Below, one piece after another: positions 1 to 11,590 of a stretch of DNA of 64,000 nt. The notes beneath the pieces are model-generated. The model saw nothing but the letters and a program-made list of their open reading frames with translations. It made no database searches and was not told the DNA's origin. The translations under genes and the position numbers were made by a program. Location: contig NC_068985.1 in assembly GCF_001194135.2 (NCBI RefSeq), positions 13,864,071 to 13,928,070 on the forward strand, written 5' to 3'. Source of the stretch: Octopus bimaculoides (taxonomy: Eukaryota). Each line of letters starts with the position of its first letter. Positions within the stretch are counted from its first letter, which is position 1.

Positions 1-132
1 GGTCATCAGCATAGAGGAGCTCCCAGGGCAACCTGTCTTGAATTCCTATATATATATATATATATGTCTGTATGTGTATATAAATGTGTATTTATATGTG
101 TGTATATATATATGTGTGTTTATATGTATATA

Positions 133-175
<43 letters not shown>

Positions 176-272
176 ATATGTCTGTATATATATATGTATA
201 TATATATGTCTGTATGTGTATATAAATGTGTATATACATGTATATATATATGTGTTTATATGAATATATATT

Positions 273-303
<31 letters not shown>

Positions 304-342
304 ATNNNNNNNNNNNNNNNNNNNNNNNNNNNNNNNNNNNNN

Positions 343-405
<63 letters not shown>

Positions 406-1121
406 GTGTGTGTCTCCCCACCATCACTTTAACAACCAATATTGGTGTGTTTACATCCCCATACGTTAGTGGTTCGGCAAAAGAGACTGATATGATAAGT
501 GCTAGGCTTACAAAGAATAACTTCTGAGGTCGATTTATTCGACTAAAGTCTAGTGAGTGGATTTAGTAAATGGAAACTAAATGAAGCTCATCATATGTAT
601 GCATGTACGGGGGTGGATTGTCTTCTTGTCTTGACATCAGGTGATGGTTGTAAACAAGCTTCACAGTCATACAAGGGGTGTTGTACATTCCTAATGACTA
701 AAACAAATAAAAGGATAAAGGCAGTGTATTTCCTCATAAACATTGCCTCTCTTTTATATTTTTATTGTTGTTGTTATTGTTAATTGATGAAGGGCCCTGC
801 TTAAATCAGCATGTCTTTCCTCTTTCTCACAGTAAAGAAATATCTCAAGTGGCTTGTCCGTTCACCTCGCAGTCCCAGCAGACAAAATAGAAAAGGCGTT
901 GCCCTGGAGGATAGCAAAAGAGATGAGATGGAGCAGCCACTCAGACCCGCGGGGTTTGCATTTGTGGAAAATATATTCACGAAGAGATTAAAGTGACATA
1001 CATGTAAATACATGTAAAATTTGTTAATTTAAAGTGAAGCTTAACAAGTAATTAGTTTTCTTGCATCTAAATACCAATTAAGGTGTTTTTAAGTTGGCAT
1101 TAAGAACTTATATATACACAT

Positions 1122-1505
1122 GAAGTGGAGGCACAATGGCCCAGTGGTTAGGGCAGCGGACTCATGGTCGTAGGATCGTGGTTTCGATTCCCAGACCGGG
1201 CGTTGTGAGTGTTTATTGAGCGAAAACACCTAAAGCTCCACGAGGCTCCGGCAGGGGATGGTGGCGAACCCTGCTGTACTCTTTCACCACAACTTTCTCT
1301 CACTCTTACTCCCTGTTTCGGTTGTGCCTGTAATTCAAAGGGTCAGCCTTGTCACACTGTGTCACGCTGAATATCCCCGAGAACTACGTTAAGGGTACAC
1401 GTGTCTGTGGAGTGCTCAGCCACTTGTACGTTAACTTCACAAGCAGGCTGTTCTGTTGATCGGATCAACTGAAACCCTCATCATCGTAATCGACTGCGTG
1501 CCACG
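1122..1505 (+). mobile_element. tRNA-derived SINE, family S4
   Basis: A box TGGCCCAGTGG and B box GTTTCGATTCC. Related copies at about 14386-14665, 41633-42095, 51820-52020 and 56900-57135(-). Confidence 0.7.
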
Positions 1506-1601
1506 ATATACACGAAAATGCCTTACATCATCATCATCATGATAGACATGATTTCAAGTGCGAATGTCTAATCTGTATATTCTCTGTTATTTCTACTTCA
1601 G

Positions 1602-1697
1602 CTGCTGCATTCAAGGCTGGAAAGATAGCCTCCAACCCATTTCAGAGCACTCAACAAACAACAGCTGCTATGATTCCACCACCCACTACATTAGCAG
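1602..1697 (+). CDS. SNRPC: U1 snRNP protein C (U1-C), internal exon; upstream zinc-finger exons lie outside the window
   Basis: ttctacttcag| acceptor and G|GTAAGA donor, 96 nt, phase 1-1. Translation xAAFKAGKIASNPFQSTQQTTAAMIPPPTTLA matches the U1-C segment after the zinc finger (human TAAFQQGKIPPTPF...AMIPPPPSL, from recall). Confidence 0.85.
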
Positions 1698-2588
1698 GTA
1701 AGATTCTTTTCAGATTACACTGTCAGATATAATGCTTATTTATTTATTCACTGTTTTTTTTTTTTTATGACAAACACCAAATTAATACAGTTCTATATTT
1801 GAGAGATGAGGAATTATGTACATTATTTACATTTGACAGATATTTGTCCACATCTTGTTTAGTAGTTGTATACTGTCAACTTAATGTGACAGTCCCCTGA
1901 AGGGAATAATACTACTGTTGGTTAGACCTAGGAAGCTGCACTGCTTCCTGTTGGCCTCAGCGTATTTGAACTCCGAACACAGTGACAGGTGAAATACCGC
2001 TAAGCATTTCGTTCAGCGTGCTAACGATTCTGCCAGGTCACCGCATTAAACACCAAATTAATAATGAATGTTATTTATTTTAGTAAATCCCTTTAAATAT
2101 TTTATTATTCTGACAATAATCGGACAATGTTTTCCATTAAAAACATGGTCCTTAAAGGGTTAAGAAGGTTCAAATTAAACCTGAACTTCTTATATGGTCT
2201 TTCATTTTTTGTGGTGTGATTTCTATCACCAGATGTCTTTCCTATTGCCAACCACTACAAATGTTATTGGGGGTACTGTACCAGCTTCTGAGTAATTGTC
2301 TTATCCCCAGCATGACTAAAAAGCCTGTCATCATCGTCATCGTTACTATTTAAGGTTCGTTGTCCCTGCTGGTATAGGTTGGACCTTTCTTCACTACATT
2401 GAATGTCCTTTCATTCACCAGCATCATGAGGTTATGTCAGTTCCAACAAGACCAAACAATTCACTGTTATCTGCATTGTTTGGGCTTAGTCGTTCCAGTA
2501 AAGGGTGTTTAATATAATCTGAAAATGCTGGTGTTTTGCTTGTGTGTATATTTTCTGTTTGGCTCCTTATATTTCTTCCTTTTTATAG

Positions 2589-2726
2589 GTGCAACAAAAC
2601 CACCAACCACAGCACCTCCAGCTGCCCCTGCTGCTGGTCCACCAGTTGGTGCACCTGTACCAGGAATGTCATTGATGGGACCACCTCCAGGTACACATCT
2701 ACCTCCTATGATGCCTACTATGACAG
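2589..2726 (+). CDS. SNRPC: U1-C proline/methionine-rich exon
   Basis: tttttatag| acceptor and G|GTAAGT donor, 138 nt, phase 1-1, in frame with 1602-1697: GATKPPTTAPPAAPAAGPPVGAPVPGMSLMGPPPGTHLPPMMPTMT. Confidence 0.85.
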
Positions 2727-2856
2727 GTAAGTGAAATCATTTATTTCTACCTTCCTACCATATTAATTAGTATGTAATTTCCAGCTCCTCTTGGTATCAG
2801 TGAAGATATGCTTGTGTTGTAACACTTTATAAGGATATTATGTGGATATCCTATAA

Positions 2857-3398
2857 CAAGGGTCACCAAACTATGGCCCATGGGTCAGATCTGGCCTGCG
2901 AGGTCAGTTCATCCGGCCCGCCGCTGCATTGTACCTTTTGTGTAAGTACCTGCAATGAGACTTCGTTTGCTTCTGGTATGGCATCAGTGTTTGGAACAAC
3001 TTATGTCAGTGAGCAAACGTTTTCAAAAATGAAGGATGTAAAGTCAGCACATCGAATGAGGTTGACTGATGAATATTCCAAAGCCATTTTCTTGGCTGGA
3101 TGCGGCAATTCCAAAGCAAACATTCATGATATCTTAAAATCTAAAACACCAGTTTCACAAATCACACTAACCTATTTTGCTGTTTAGTTTGTGAGATTCG
3201 GATGTGTGCACTGGGTGTGATATAATTATCTCATTGCTAACGTCGCCTTCTTTGATAACTTTCTGGTAAATAAAAATGTTCGTTGTCTTTATTTTTTGTG
3301 TATTCACTGAATTTTATTGAACAAAATGGTTATGCGGCCCGCGAGCGTCATTCTCTCAGTTGTCTGGCCTGCCGTGAAAAATGTTTTGGTGACTCCTG
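2857..3398 (+). mobile_element. hAT (Buster/SPIN-like) internally deleted DNA transposon
   Basis: TIRs CAAGGGTCACCAAAC / GTTTTGGTGACTCCTG with exact 8-bp TSD TCCTATAA (2849-2856, 3399-3406). Contains the C-terminal transposase fragment ASVFGTTYVSEQTFSKMKDVKSAHRMRLTDE. Confidence 0.85.
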
Positions 3399-5029
3399 TC
3401 CTATAAAAACATGGTTTAATCTCATTAGGTAACATCTTAGGCAAGTGTCTTCTTCCATGGCCTTGAATCAATCAAAACCTTTCTGTTTATCTTCCATCGT
3501 TGACTTGCTTCAGTTGAGCTATGGCCATGCTGGGGCACCACCTTGAAGGGTTTAGTTGAACAAATCAGATGCAGTACTTATGCTTTAAACTTGGTAGTTA
3601 TTCTGTTAGTTTCTTTGCTGAACTGCTAAGTTACAAACCAACACCATTTGTGGTGGGTCGACAAATACATACACAACGACACACACACACACAAAATGGG
3701 CTTTTTCAATTTCCGTCTACCAAATCTACTCACAAAACTTTGGTCGACCCGAGGCTATACTAGAAGACACTTGCTCCAGGTGCCACACCGTGGTTCTGAA
3801 CCCAGAACCATGTGGTTGAGAAACAAACTTATCACACATTTACGCTTCCGCCTTGTGAATAAAATCTGAGACAAAAACTGTACAGAAGTCTGTACTATAC
3901 ACATGTGTAAAACTATATTTTGTGCTCTCAAGTTGCGTCCCTTTATGTTATCGCCGTCATTTATGCAATGTGTAACTGGTACTTATTTGATTGACTTCGA
4001 AAGGAGGAAAGGCAAAGTTGACCTCGACAGAATTTGAACTCAGTACGTAGCAGCAGATGAAATACCGCTAAGCATTTCGCCCGGCGCGCTAACGTTTCTG
4101 CCAGCTCGCCGCCTTAAAGACATGTACTGTTTCTGTCTATCAAATTTACTCTCAAGGCACCGGTTCGCTTATGGCTGTAGTTGAAGACGTACAGAGTGGG
4201 ACTGAACCATTATCGCCATTTTGCATTCCAAGTTCAAATCTCATTAAAGTCAGCTTTGCATTTCATTCGGCCAATGCTGGTAAAATTAAGTATACTCGAT
4301 AATTTATTCGATTACCCTTCTTCGAAATTTTGTCATTTAGCACCATTGTTAGAAAGCAATATTGTAACTTTTGAGGAGAGTGGATAACAGAATCCCAGAG
4401 CTTTGGACAATATAGCTTGTCGCACTAAGTTATGTCCCTTGACAGTGAGCGTGCAAATCTTGTGAAAGTCGTTTTTGTCTTTCATTCTTCCGAGGAGCAG
4501 GGTCTAATAAGTACCAGCAATACACTTGGGATGATTTGATCAGCTTTACCCTCTCCCCAAATTTTAAACTTACTTTAAAAATTATCATTTGCTGGAAATG
4601 GCGGTTGACATTCTACCAAGTAGAATGTTTTGATGCTCTGAATTACGTCCCTTTTTCATCAGAACTTGATTTCTTGTGTGGCTTGGTCAGAGGAGATGGC
4701 GTAGCACACAAACTCTACAAAGGACTCTACGTCTAATGGGGAAAGAAAAGAAATCACGAATTAGGAGTTGTTACCTTTCTCTATTGCTAAGGATCAATTA
4801 AGTAGATACCAATCAAGTAGTGGGCACTATAGTAGCGTTTCTCAACCGGGATTCTCTGGAACCCTAGGGTTCTATAAAAAGTTCCTAGAGGTCACCCGAG
4901 AAAGAGTGAGATAAGCTAATGCTAATTTCATGATTGTACTATTACTATACATGCACAACATATTGGTTATTGTAATATTGACATCATCCCATCTAACCTA
5001 TTATGTTATCAAAGAAATAACTACCATAT

Positions 5030-5600
5030 CATCATCATCATCATCATCGTTTAACGTCCGCTTTCCATGCTAGCATGGGTTGGACGATTAGACTGAGGAC
5101 TGGCGAACCAGATGGCTGCACCAGGCTCCAATCTGATCTGGCAGAGTTTCTACAGCTGGATGCCCTTCCTAACGCCAACCACTCTGAGAGTGTAGTGGGT
5201 GCTTTTACGTGCCACCGGCACAAGGGCCAGTCAGGTGGTACTGGCAACGGCCATGCTCAAAATGGTGTTTTTTACGTGCCACCTGCACAGGAGTCAGTCC
5301 AGCTGCACTGGCAACGACCTTGCTCGAATGTTTTCTAACTTGCCACCGGCACAATTGCCAGTAAAGCGACGCTGGTAACGATCCCACTCAAATAGTGCTA
5401 TTTACGTGCCACTGGCATGGAAGCCAGACAGCTGCTCTGGCATTGATCACACTCAGACGGTGCCGTTAGTGCTCCACTGGCACAGGAGCAAGTTATCGAA
5501 TATGGTTCAATTACAATTTTGATTTCGATTTCACTTGACCCAACAGGTCTTCGCAAGCAGAGTTTAGTGTCCAATGAAGGAGAGGTTGGCATGGGTGCCA
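5030..5600 (-). mobile_element. SINE/LINE-3'-end family S3 with (GAT)n tail and internal GTGCCGGTGGCACGTAAAA repeats
   Basis: Ends ...GCATGGAAAGCGGACGTTAAACGATGATGAT. Other copies at about 20845-20993(-), 36388-36535(+), 38285-38480(+), 53150-53600(+) and 55877-56060(-). Confidence 0.7.
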
Positions 5601-5623
5601 GTCGTCGAATTTGGTTCGATTTC

Positions 5624-5668
<45 letters not shown>

Positions 5669-6016
5669 GGGTGTGTCTCATAACTAGTGTTGGTTTCTTT
5701 TGTTCCCTATAACTTAGGGTTCAGCAATGGGGGCCAATAAACTAAATACCAGATTTAAAAATAAATACTAAGGTTGATTTGTTTGACTAAACCCTTTGAG
5801 ATTATTCTCCAGCATGGCCACTGTCCAATGACAAAACCCCAAATGGACTGAGGATTAGAAACAAAATTAAGTCAGAATCCCTGGCATCAATACAACCATC
5901 CAAACTTCTCCCCATCCCCTTCAAATTTCTAATCTTGAATGTTATTGATGTTACATTTGCAATCATTCAGTTTTTCTCTCGTCTCATTGTTTTGCATTTT
6001 GTTCCTTTTTTTGCAG

Positions 6017-6171
6017 TTGGTATCCGCCCGCCAATGGGACCTCCAATCGGACCACCTATGGCACCAATGAGTACAATGGTATCAGCCATTCCAATGCGAC
6101 CGCCTATTGTGGCTAGCACCACAGCTACTGTTGTTGGGGGACCTCCTCCTGGTAAAATAGCAAGGAAGTAA
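6017..6171 (+). CDS. SNRPC: U1-C C-terminal Pro/Met-rich exon (terminal, stop at 6169-6171; possible internal donor after 6151)
   Basis: ccttttttttgcag| acceptor, phase 1, VGIRPPMGPPIGPPMAPMSTMVSAIPMRPPIVASTTATVVGGPPPGKIARK*. The RPPMG/MRPP motifs are typical of the U1-C tail. AATAAA at 6633-6638. Confidence 0.8.
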
Positions 6172-7036
6172 CACCATTTTAGGATTTGGGCCTGACAAAT
6201 ATGTACATATGTATTTCCTGGGTTTTTTCCATTTCATTTTGTATCACTTTTTCTTTCATTCCATAACCCTTTCTGTTTCCATCTCATGCTCTATTTTCCT
6301 TCAAAGGTTTTCTTTTTCTTTATCCATATTCCCTTCACCCTACCACTTCTCTCTCCGTACTCCTCTCTCCACTAGACTCTGTCTATCTCTGCCTCCCATT
6401 CTGCTAGCTCTTCTCCCCATCACTTCTTTTGACCACCTCTCTCTTCTCCTATTCATCTTCCTTTTACTATTTACCCTCAACCACTTTTTCAGATTCATCT
6501 ATTGTTATACATACATACATACATGCATACGTACGTACATATGTATAGAATCTGTGGGTATACTGTAGGAGGCGATAAGGGAGAGAATTCATTTTGTGTT
6601 TCATTTCAGTTTTTTTTTTTTTTTGTTTTATAAATAAAATAAAAATATAAAATGTTACACTGAATCTTGAGAGGTTAAGGAGGAATAAAACATTAAGAGA
6701 ATTTTCTTTTGATAAATATGTCTCCATAAATTTAACAGTGCAGGAAATTTTATGTACTTCCAAATGAAATCTCATAAGAAACTGCTTGCTACTTTCACAA
6801 TAATACGGAAGAAGGAAATATTTTTGATAACACTAACTTGTTCCTTAAATGTATTCAGTTGTATGGATTTCTATACCTGAGACTTATTGTCATTTTTAAT
6901 TTCTCTTAGTAACCATTTTTTCTGTATGAGATGATTTATGTGTGCAAAAAAAGGTTATGTTATGTAGATGTTTGCTATTGAAAGCCCAAAGAAATGTGCT
7001 CTTTGAATTACTGTTAGTGTAATATTTAGATAAATT

Positions 7037-7255
7037 AAGGCAGCGAGCTGGCAGAAATGTTAGCATGCCGGTCAAAATGCTTAGCAGTATTTCGTCTGTC
7101 TTTACATTCTAAGTTCAAATTCCGCTGAGGTCGACTTTGCCTTTCATTCTTTCGGGGGTCGGTAAATTAAGTACCAGTTGCATACTGGGATCTATCTAAT
7201 CGACTTGGCCCCTCCTCCAAAATTTCAGGCCTTGTGCCTAGAGTAGAAAAGAATA
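7037..7255 (+). mobile_element. tRNA-derived SINE, family S1 (representative copy)
   Basis: AAGGCAGCGAGCTGGCAGAA...GTTCAAATTCC (B box). Further copies at about 3965-4116(-), 10903-11110(+), 14715-14947(-), 37975-38170(-), 52110-52320(+), 54985-55198(-) and 60828-60995(+). Confidence 0.75.
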
Positions 7256-7275
7256 TTTAAATATGGATGTGAGAT

Positions 7276-8059
7276 TTATTTCCCCTTGGTGTGAAAGATG
7301 ACATCTTTTAAGTGGTGTCCAGTTTCCAATTCGCATAAACGTGCTCTTTCTAAGGCGTTTTCCATAACTGCTCTTAACGTTTGTGGCTCCAGTGATCTAA
7401 TCTCTGTTCTAATGTTATTTTTAAGATCTGCAATTGTTTGAGGCTTGTTGACATAAACTTTTCCCTTAAGATAGCCCCATAGGAAAAAATTTGGAGCAGT
7501 TAGATCTGGAGAACGACATGGGTCTTCTCTTGCTAATTCTTGGAATCTTGTGACATTGTAATCTAGCAGCATAATCTAGTTCTTTCAGCTGTTGTACTAA
7601 TTGGATCGTATGTGGAAAAAGATCCATTGTTTTTAAAATTCGTTGGAGTGATGTCCTGCAGACTCCAACTTGTCGAGAGCGTGTTTGTGTTGATGTTGTC
7701 AGGTCTTTTTCAATATTCTCCCTCACACGCCTGACTTTGGCCTCGTTTCTAACAGAACAAGGTTTGCTTATCTTTGGAAGGTTGCTTACTGATCTTTGAT
7801 CTTCAAAATGACCAATTAATTGCCTGATCATTGATTCTCTTGGACAATTCATTGCTCTATAATGACGACAATATTCTTGTTGAGTCCGAATTATTGATCC
7901 TTGGTTTTGGTAATAAAATTTCACAATTTGTGTTCGCTGTTCAGTAGTGTACTTTTCCATGTTTAAATTTAAGGGTCTTCTTTATATAAATCTGAAATAA
8001 AATAAAAATTAGATAATTATTAAATATTGAAACCCATTCGTAACTTCTGGGCCACCTTG
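7276..8059 (-). mobile_element. Tc1/mariner-superfamily transposon with internal deletion and frameshift
   Basis: N-terminal HTH region MEKYTTEQRTQIVKFYY... (7466-7960) and C-terminal PCRSPDLTAPNFFLWGYLKGKVY (7276-7572); most of the DDD/E domain is missing. One TIR TA|CAAGGTGGCCCAGAAG at ~8040-8061. Confidence 0.85.
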
Positions 8060-8454
8060 TAGTTCTATATTAGTTGCATTGTTTTATATGTGCATGGAGC
8101 CTGTGAATCATGCACCTGGTGCAAGCAAGTGTGTTTCTGTTTTGAGCTGGTAGTATAACCTGGACACACATTAAATTCATTGCCTCTAACTCTGGATTAG
8201 ACCTCCAGAAGTTCTGTTTTTAAGGCCCATACTGTCTGGTTTACTAATTACATCTTCTGAAATTAAACATTTTGGTCTCCAAAATTCTAATTGTGTATTT
8301 AGTTATAGGTTGGATTTGAACTAGGAACTTTAATTTTAAATCATACATGCCACAATTGTCCAGTGGATAAAACATTATTTGCTTTAAAAAAAAGAAGGTT
8401 CTTAGTTCATATCTTGTCTGATTGACTGTGTACATATTCAGGTGAAATACAACA

Positions 8455-8625
8455 TGCTGTATTTTAACATGTATAAGGAACCCTCTTATTTTTTGGGCTT
8501 AATATTTGGAAAAAAGATTTTGTAAGAGACTATAATACTATCCATGTATAAGAAACTCCCATATTTTTTTAACCTGATTTTTGACAAAAAAGGGGGGGGG
8601 TCTTTATACACATTAAAATACGGTA
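8455..8625. mobile_element. pogo/Tigger-type MITE
   Basis: Ends TGCTGTATTTTAACATGTATAAG ... TTTATACACATTAAAATACGGTA resemble TACCGTATTT-type TIRs. Confidence 0.55.
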
Positions 8626-9959
8626 AACAATTATTTTAAAATGTTTCATCTCTAACGATTAGGTTAATAAAGGGCATGAAGAACTCATTTCAAACACTGA
8701 GACATTGAGTTTCATTTATTTCTGGTGTAATAACCAACAAAACTGATTACTGATATCAAACAGCAAGGTTCAAAATCTAATTCATGAATTTAGTGCTTTG
8801 ATACATTTAAACCAGTCATTGGGGAAACTGTAGCCCATAGGACTTTCTGAATGGTGCTCCTAGTGAAAACCTACCTTTAATTTGTTTTAATAGTGCAGCC
8901 TACTTAATGATGTGCCATGTCTTGTGTGGCCAGCTTCTTGGAAAAGGTTGCTCATGCTTGATGTAAACCATTCTTGATCAGTACAACCACACTTGGTTCA
9001 ATTCTTCATATAACTATTATTTCAGAATTTAGTCTTTGGTTACATACAGAATCACATTATAAAATGATATCCATTTCTAGAACGGTAGAGTGTAATTTCA
9101 GACAGATCTGTTGCAGTTTTTGCACTGGACCTTGTAGAAAGCACTGTTGTTGGCTCAATATTGGGACCAGTCAAGCAGTGGGGATCTATGGAATCACCCA
9201 AATCCCTTCCTTTCTGAATTGCCAGTCTTGCGCCTAAATCACAAACCATATTGGCTCAATGAATATTACTTTATTGCATTTTGAAAATTACCAAACAAAT
9301 CATCTTGACTCTTGACAGTTAGATTACTTCGTCAAATATAATGCTCGTCTATTCATATTGTTTTGAATTAATCCTTCATCATTTCATAATTGTGACATTT
9401 TGATGATGTGGTTGCTTATTTTTTTTTTTAATGACATTATAGGGTAGGTATGAGAGGCCAGACTTAGTTTTAACATAAAATAGAATATTTCAACTGGATA
9501 TGGCTGGTTTGAATGCAGAAGGGTCAGCGATAAAATTTATAATTCTTTGTAGTTTATTTTGCTTTTGAACAAAATGCCATTGTTACAATTTGTCTCAGTT
9601 TATTCCATAAATAACATTCTTGTTTCTCTTTATAAATATTGTTTCACTGTTATTCATTATCTGATGTCTCCTAAATTGCATTCTTTCTGTCTGGAATTCT
9701 TTCATTAAAAAAAAAAATTATGCCAAATGTATCTGTTTATGTTTTTTTCTTTTGTTTTTGTTTTTCAATGGTTTTTAAAAATTTTTATTTATTTTTTTGG
9801 TTTTGCTGTCTTAGAGAAACTTAATCTCTTTTGTTTGTTTGGTTTTGTCTCTGGCAATTATCAAGCAACATGAAGTTTCATGTGTCTGTTGAATGTCTCT
9901 GTGTGTATATCATCTTAGCTGTGTTTTCATATAGTAGTGAATACATTTTATCTGTGTGT

Positions 9960-10002
<43 letters not shown>

Positions 10003-10114
10003 TGTATGTATATATATTGTCTGAGATTCTGTCCATCAGAAAATATATGCATATTAATCAAAGTATACAGTATTATAGATCCATTTCAACTGATCTTACT
10101 AATCGTTTTTGCAG

Positions 10115-10188
10115 TGGGTATTAGATTTCAGGATGGTCAAGTAACACCTAATAACCAGTCATCTTATCCCAAGTATAAAACCGATTGA
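10115..10188 (+). CDS. SNRPC: Putative alternative last exon of SNRPC (VGIRFQDGQVTPNNQSSYPKYKTD*)
   Basis: gtttttgcag| acceptor, phase 1 compatible. It starts with the same VGIR as the 6017 exon but with different synonymous codons. AATAAA at 10227-10232. TACTAAT at 10097-10103 is closer to the acceptor than a typical branch point. Confidence 0.45.
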
Positions 10189-10230
10189 TAGCATCAGCAG
10201 GAATAGATGTGATACTGTATACTTTGAATA

Positions 10231-10272
<42 letters not shown>

Positions 10273-11149
10273 CATACACACACACATACACACATTTGTA
10301 GTTGATGAGTTACTGTGTTGCCACTAGTTTCTTACCATATGCCATTCTTCGGGCAATGTCTTGTATGAAACTCATGTGGCTACAAGATGAACCATTTGCT
10401 GCAAAGGCAAAAGTAAATTCTTTTACATATATTGAATCTTCTTCCATTTATCATCTAACCACATATACATATTGAGAAAAAACTGAAGCTTTTTTCATAA
10501 GAAACTGCCCTTCCCCTCAAGCATTTACATAAAATCACATTGTTTTTTCCTGAATGATCTCAGGGGAAAAATAGACTTCTTCTTGGCCTTCTAATGAAGA
10601 TTGTCATCTGATTGGTTGGTACCTAACCCTCATTTTAGGCCTTCGATGTTTAATCTTTTTAAAATGACCAAATTTATCTACAAACTTTTGAAATAAACTT
10701 GTTTGAAATAAGCTCTGATTTTGTTTGTTAATTCCTTGGATGTGATTATCATTACATTATTATATCTTTTGCTCAAATTCCAACAAAGTCGACTTACACT
10801 GGGGCTGATGTAATCAACCTTCTCCCTTTCATGTACCTGTAGTAGAAAGAATTATTATGATGTCTGTAAAGGTAGCAAACTAACAGAATTATTAGCATAT
10901 TGTTAAGGCAGCGAGCTGGCAGAAACGTTCGCACGCCAGACGGAATGCTTAGCAGTATTTCGTCTGCTGTTACGTTCTGAGTTCAAATTCTGCCGAGGTC
11001 GATTTTGCCTTTCATCCTTTCGGGGTCGATAAATTAAGTACCAGTTATGCACTAGGGTCGGTGTAATTGACTTCATCCTTGTGTTTAGCCCCTTGTGGGC
11101 TATAAAGAAATAAGAATTGTTAGCATATCTGACAAAGTGCTTAGCTGCA

Positions 11150-11590
11150 TTTCCTCCATCTATCTAGGTTATCCCTCAGAACGCCCCAAGACTGTTTCCA
11201 CACATTTTCCCCCATTCGTCTCAATCTTCCATAATGGTCCCCAGCTCCTTTACCCCTTCCATACCAATATCCTCCAGCAAGTTGTTGATATAGGTTATCT
11301 TCCTCCTTCCATTGGTTGCCAGAGCACCAGCTTGTTAGCAATTTCATCAGTGTGTCTGATGCAGTGTCCAGCTAGCCCAATCCTTCTATGCTGTATCTTT
11401 AATGTTACTTTTGGTAGTCCCTGGTATAAGTTGACATTTGTTGTATGACTCTTCCAGGAGACATTGAGTGCCATTCTAAGCATCTTCATATAAAACTGTC
11501 CAACTGCTGTTTCAATGCTTTAGTGAGCGTCCATGTTTCAGCTCCGTATAGAAGAATAGATTCCAATGTGGCCAGAAACAACCTCACTTT
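11150..11590 (-). mobile_element. RTE-clade LINE ORF2 C-terminal remnant
   Basis: KMLRMALNVSWKSHTTN...RRIGLAGHCIRH...W matches the RTE post-RT 'W.GHV.R' region; frameshifted. Confidence 0.7.

Noticed and set aside
3-9. Minus-strand CTGATGA at the window edge
   Set aside because: The rest of any motif would lie outside the window, so it cannot be assessed.
38-527. ORFs rich in YI/IY/CV/HT/NNN repeats here and throughout (e.g. 12003-12447, 27132-28141, 39202-40233, 48088-49413, 55540-56004, 59249-60672, 61733-62819)
   Set aside because: They are translations of microsatellites and N gaps, not genes.
1122-1200. tRNA gene (also at the other SINE heads and at 58272-58345)
   Set aside because: A and B boxes are present but there is no complete cloverleaf, and each continues into repeat body sequence.
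8090-8182. Two small hairpins resembling an H/ACA snoRNA
   Set aside because: The first hairpin is too short and there is no valid ANANNA hinge.
8974-9237. Cys-rich 87-aa ORF with a phase-1 acceptor (TATTTCAG|) inside the SNRPC region
   Set aside because: No recognisable domain and no homology; no supporting signal beyond an AG.
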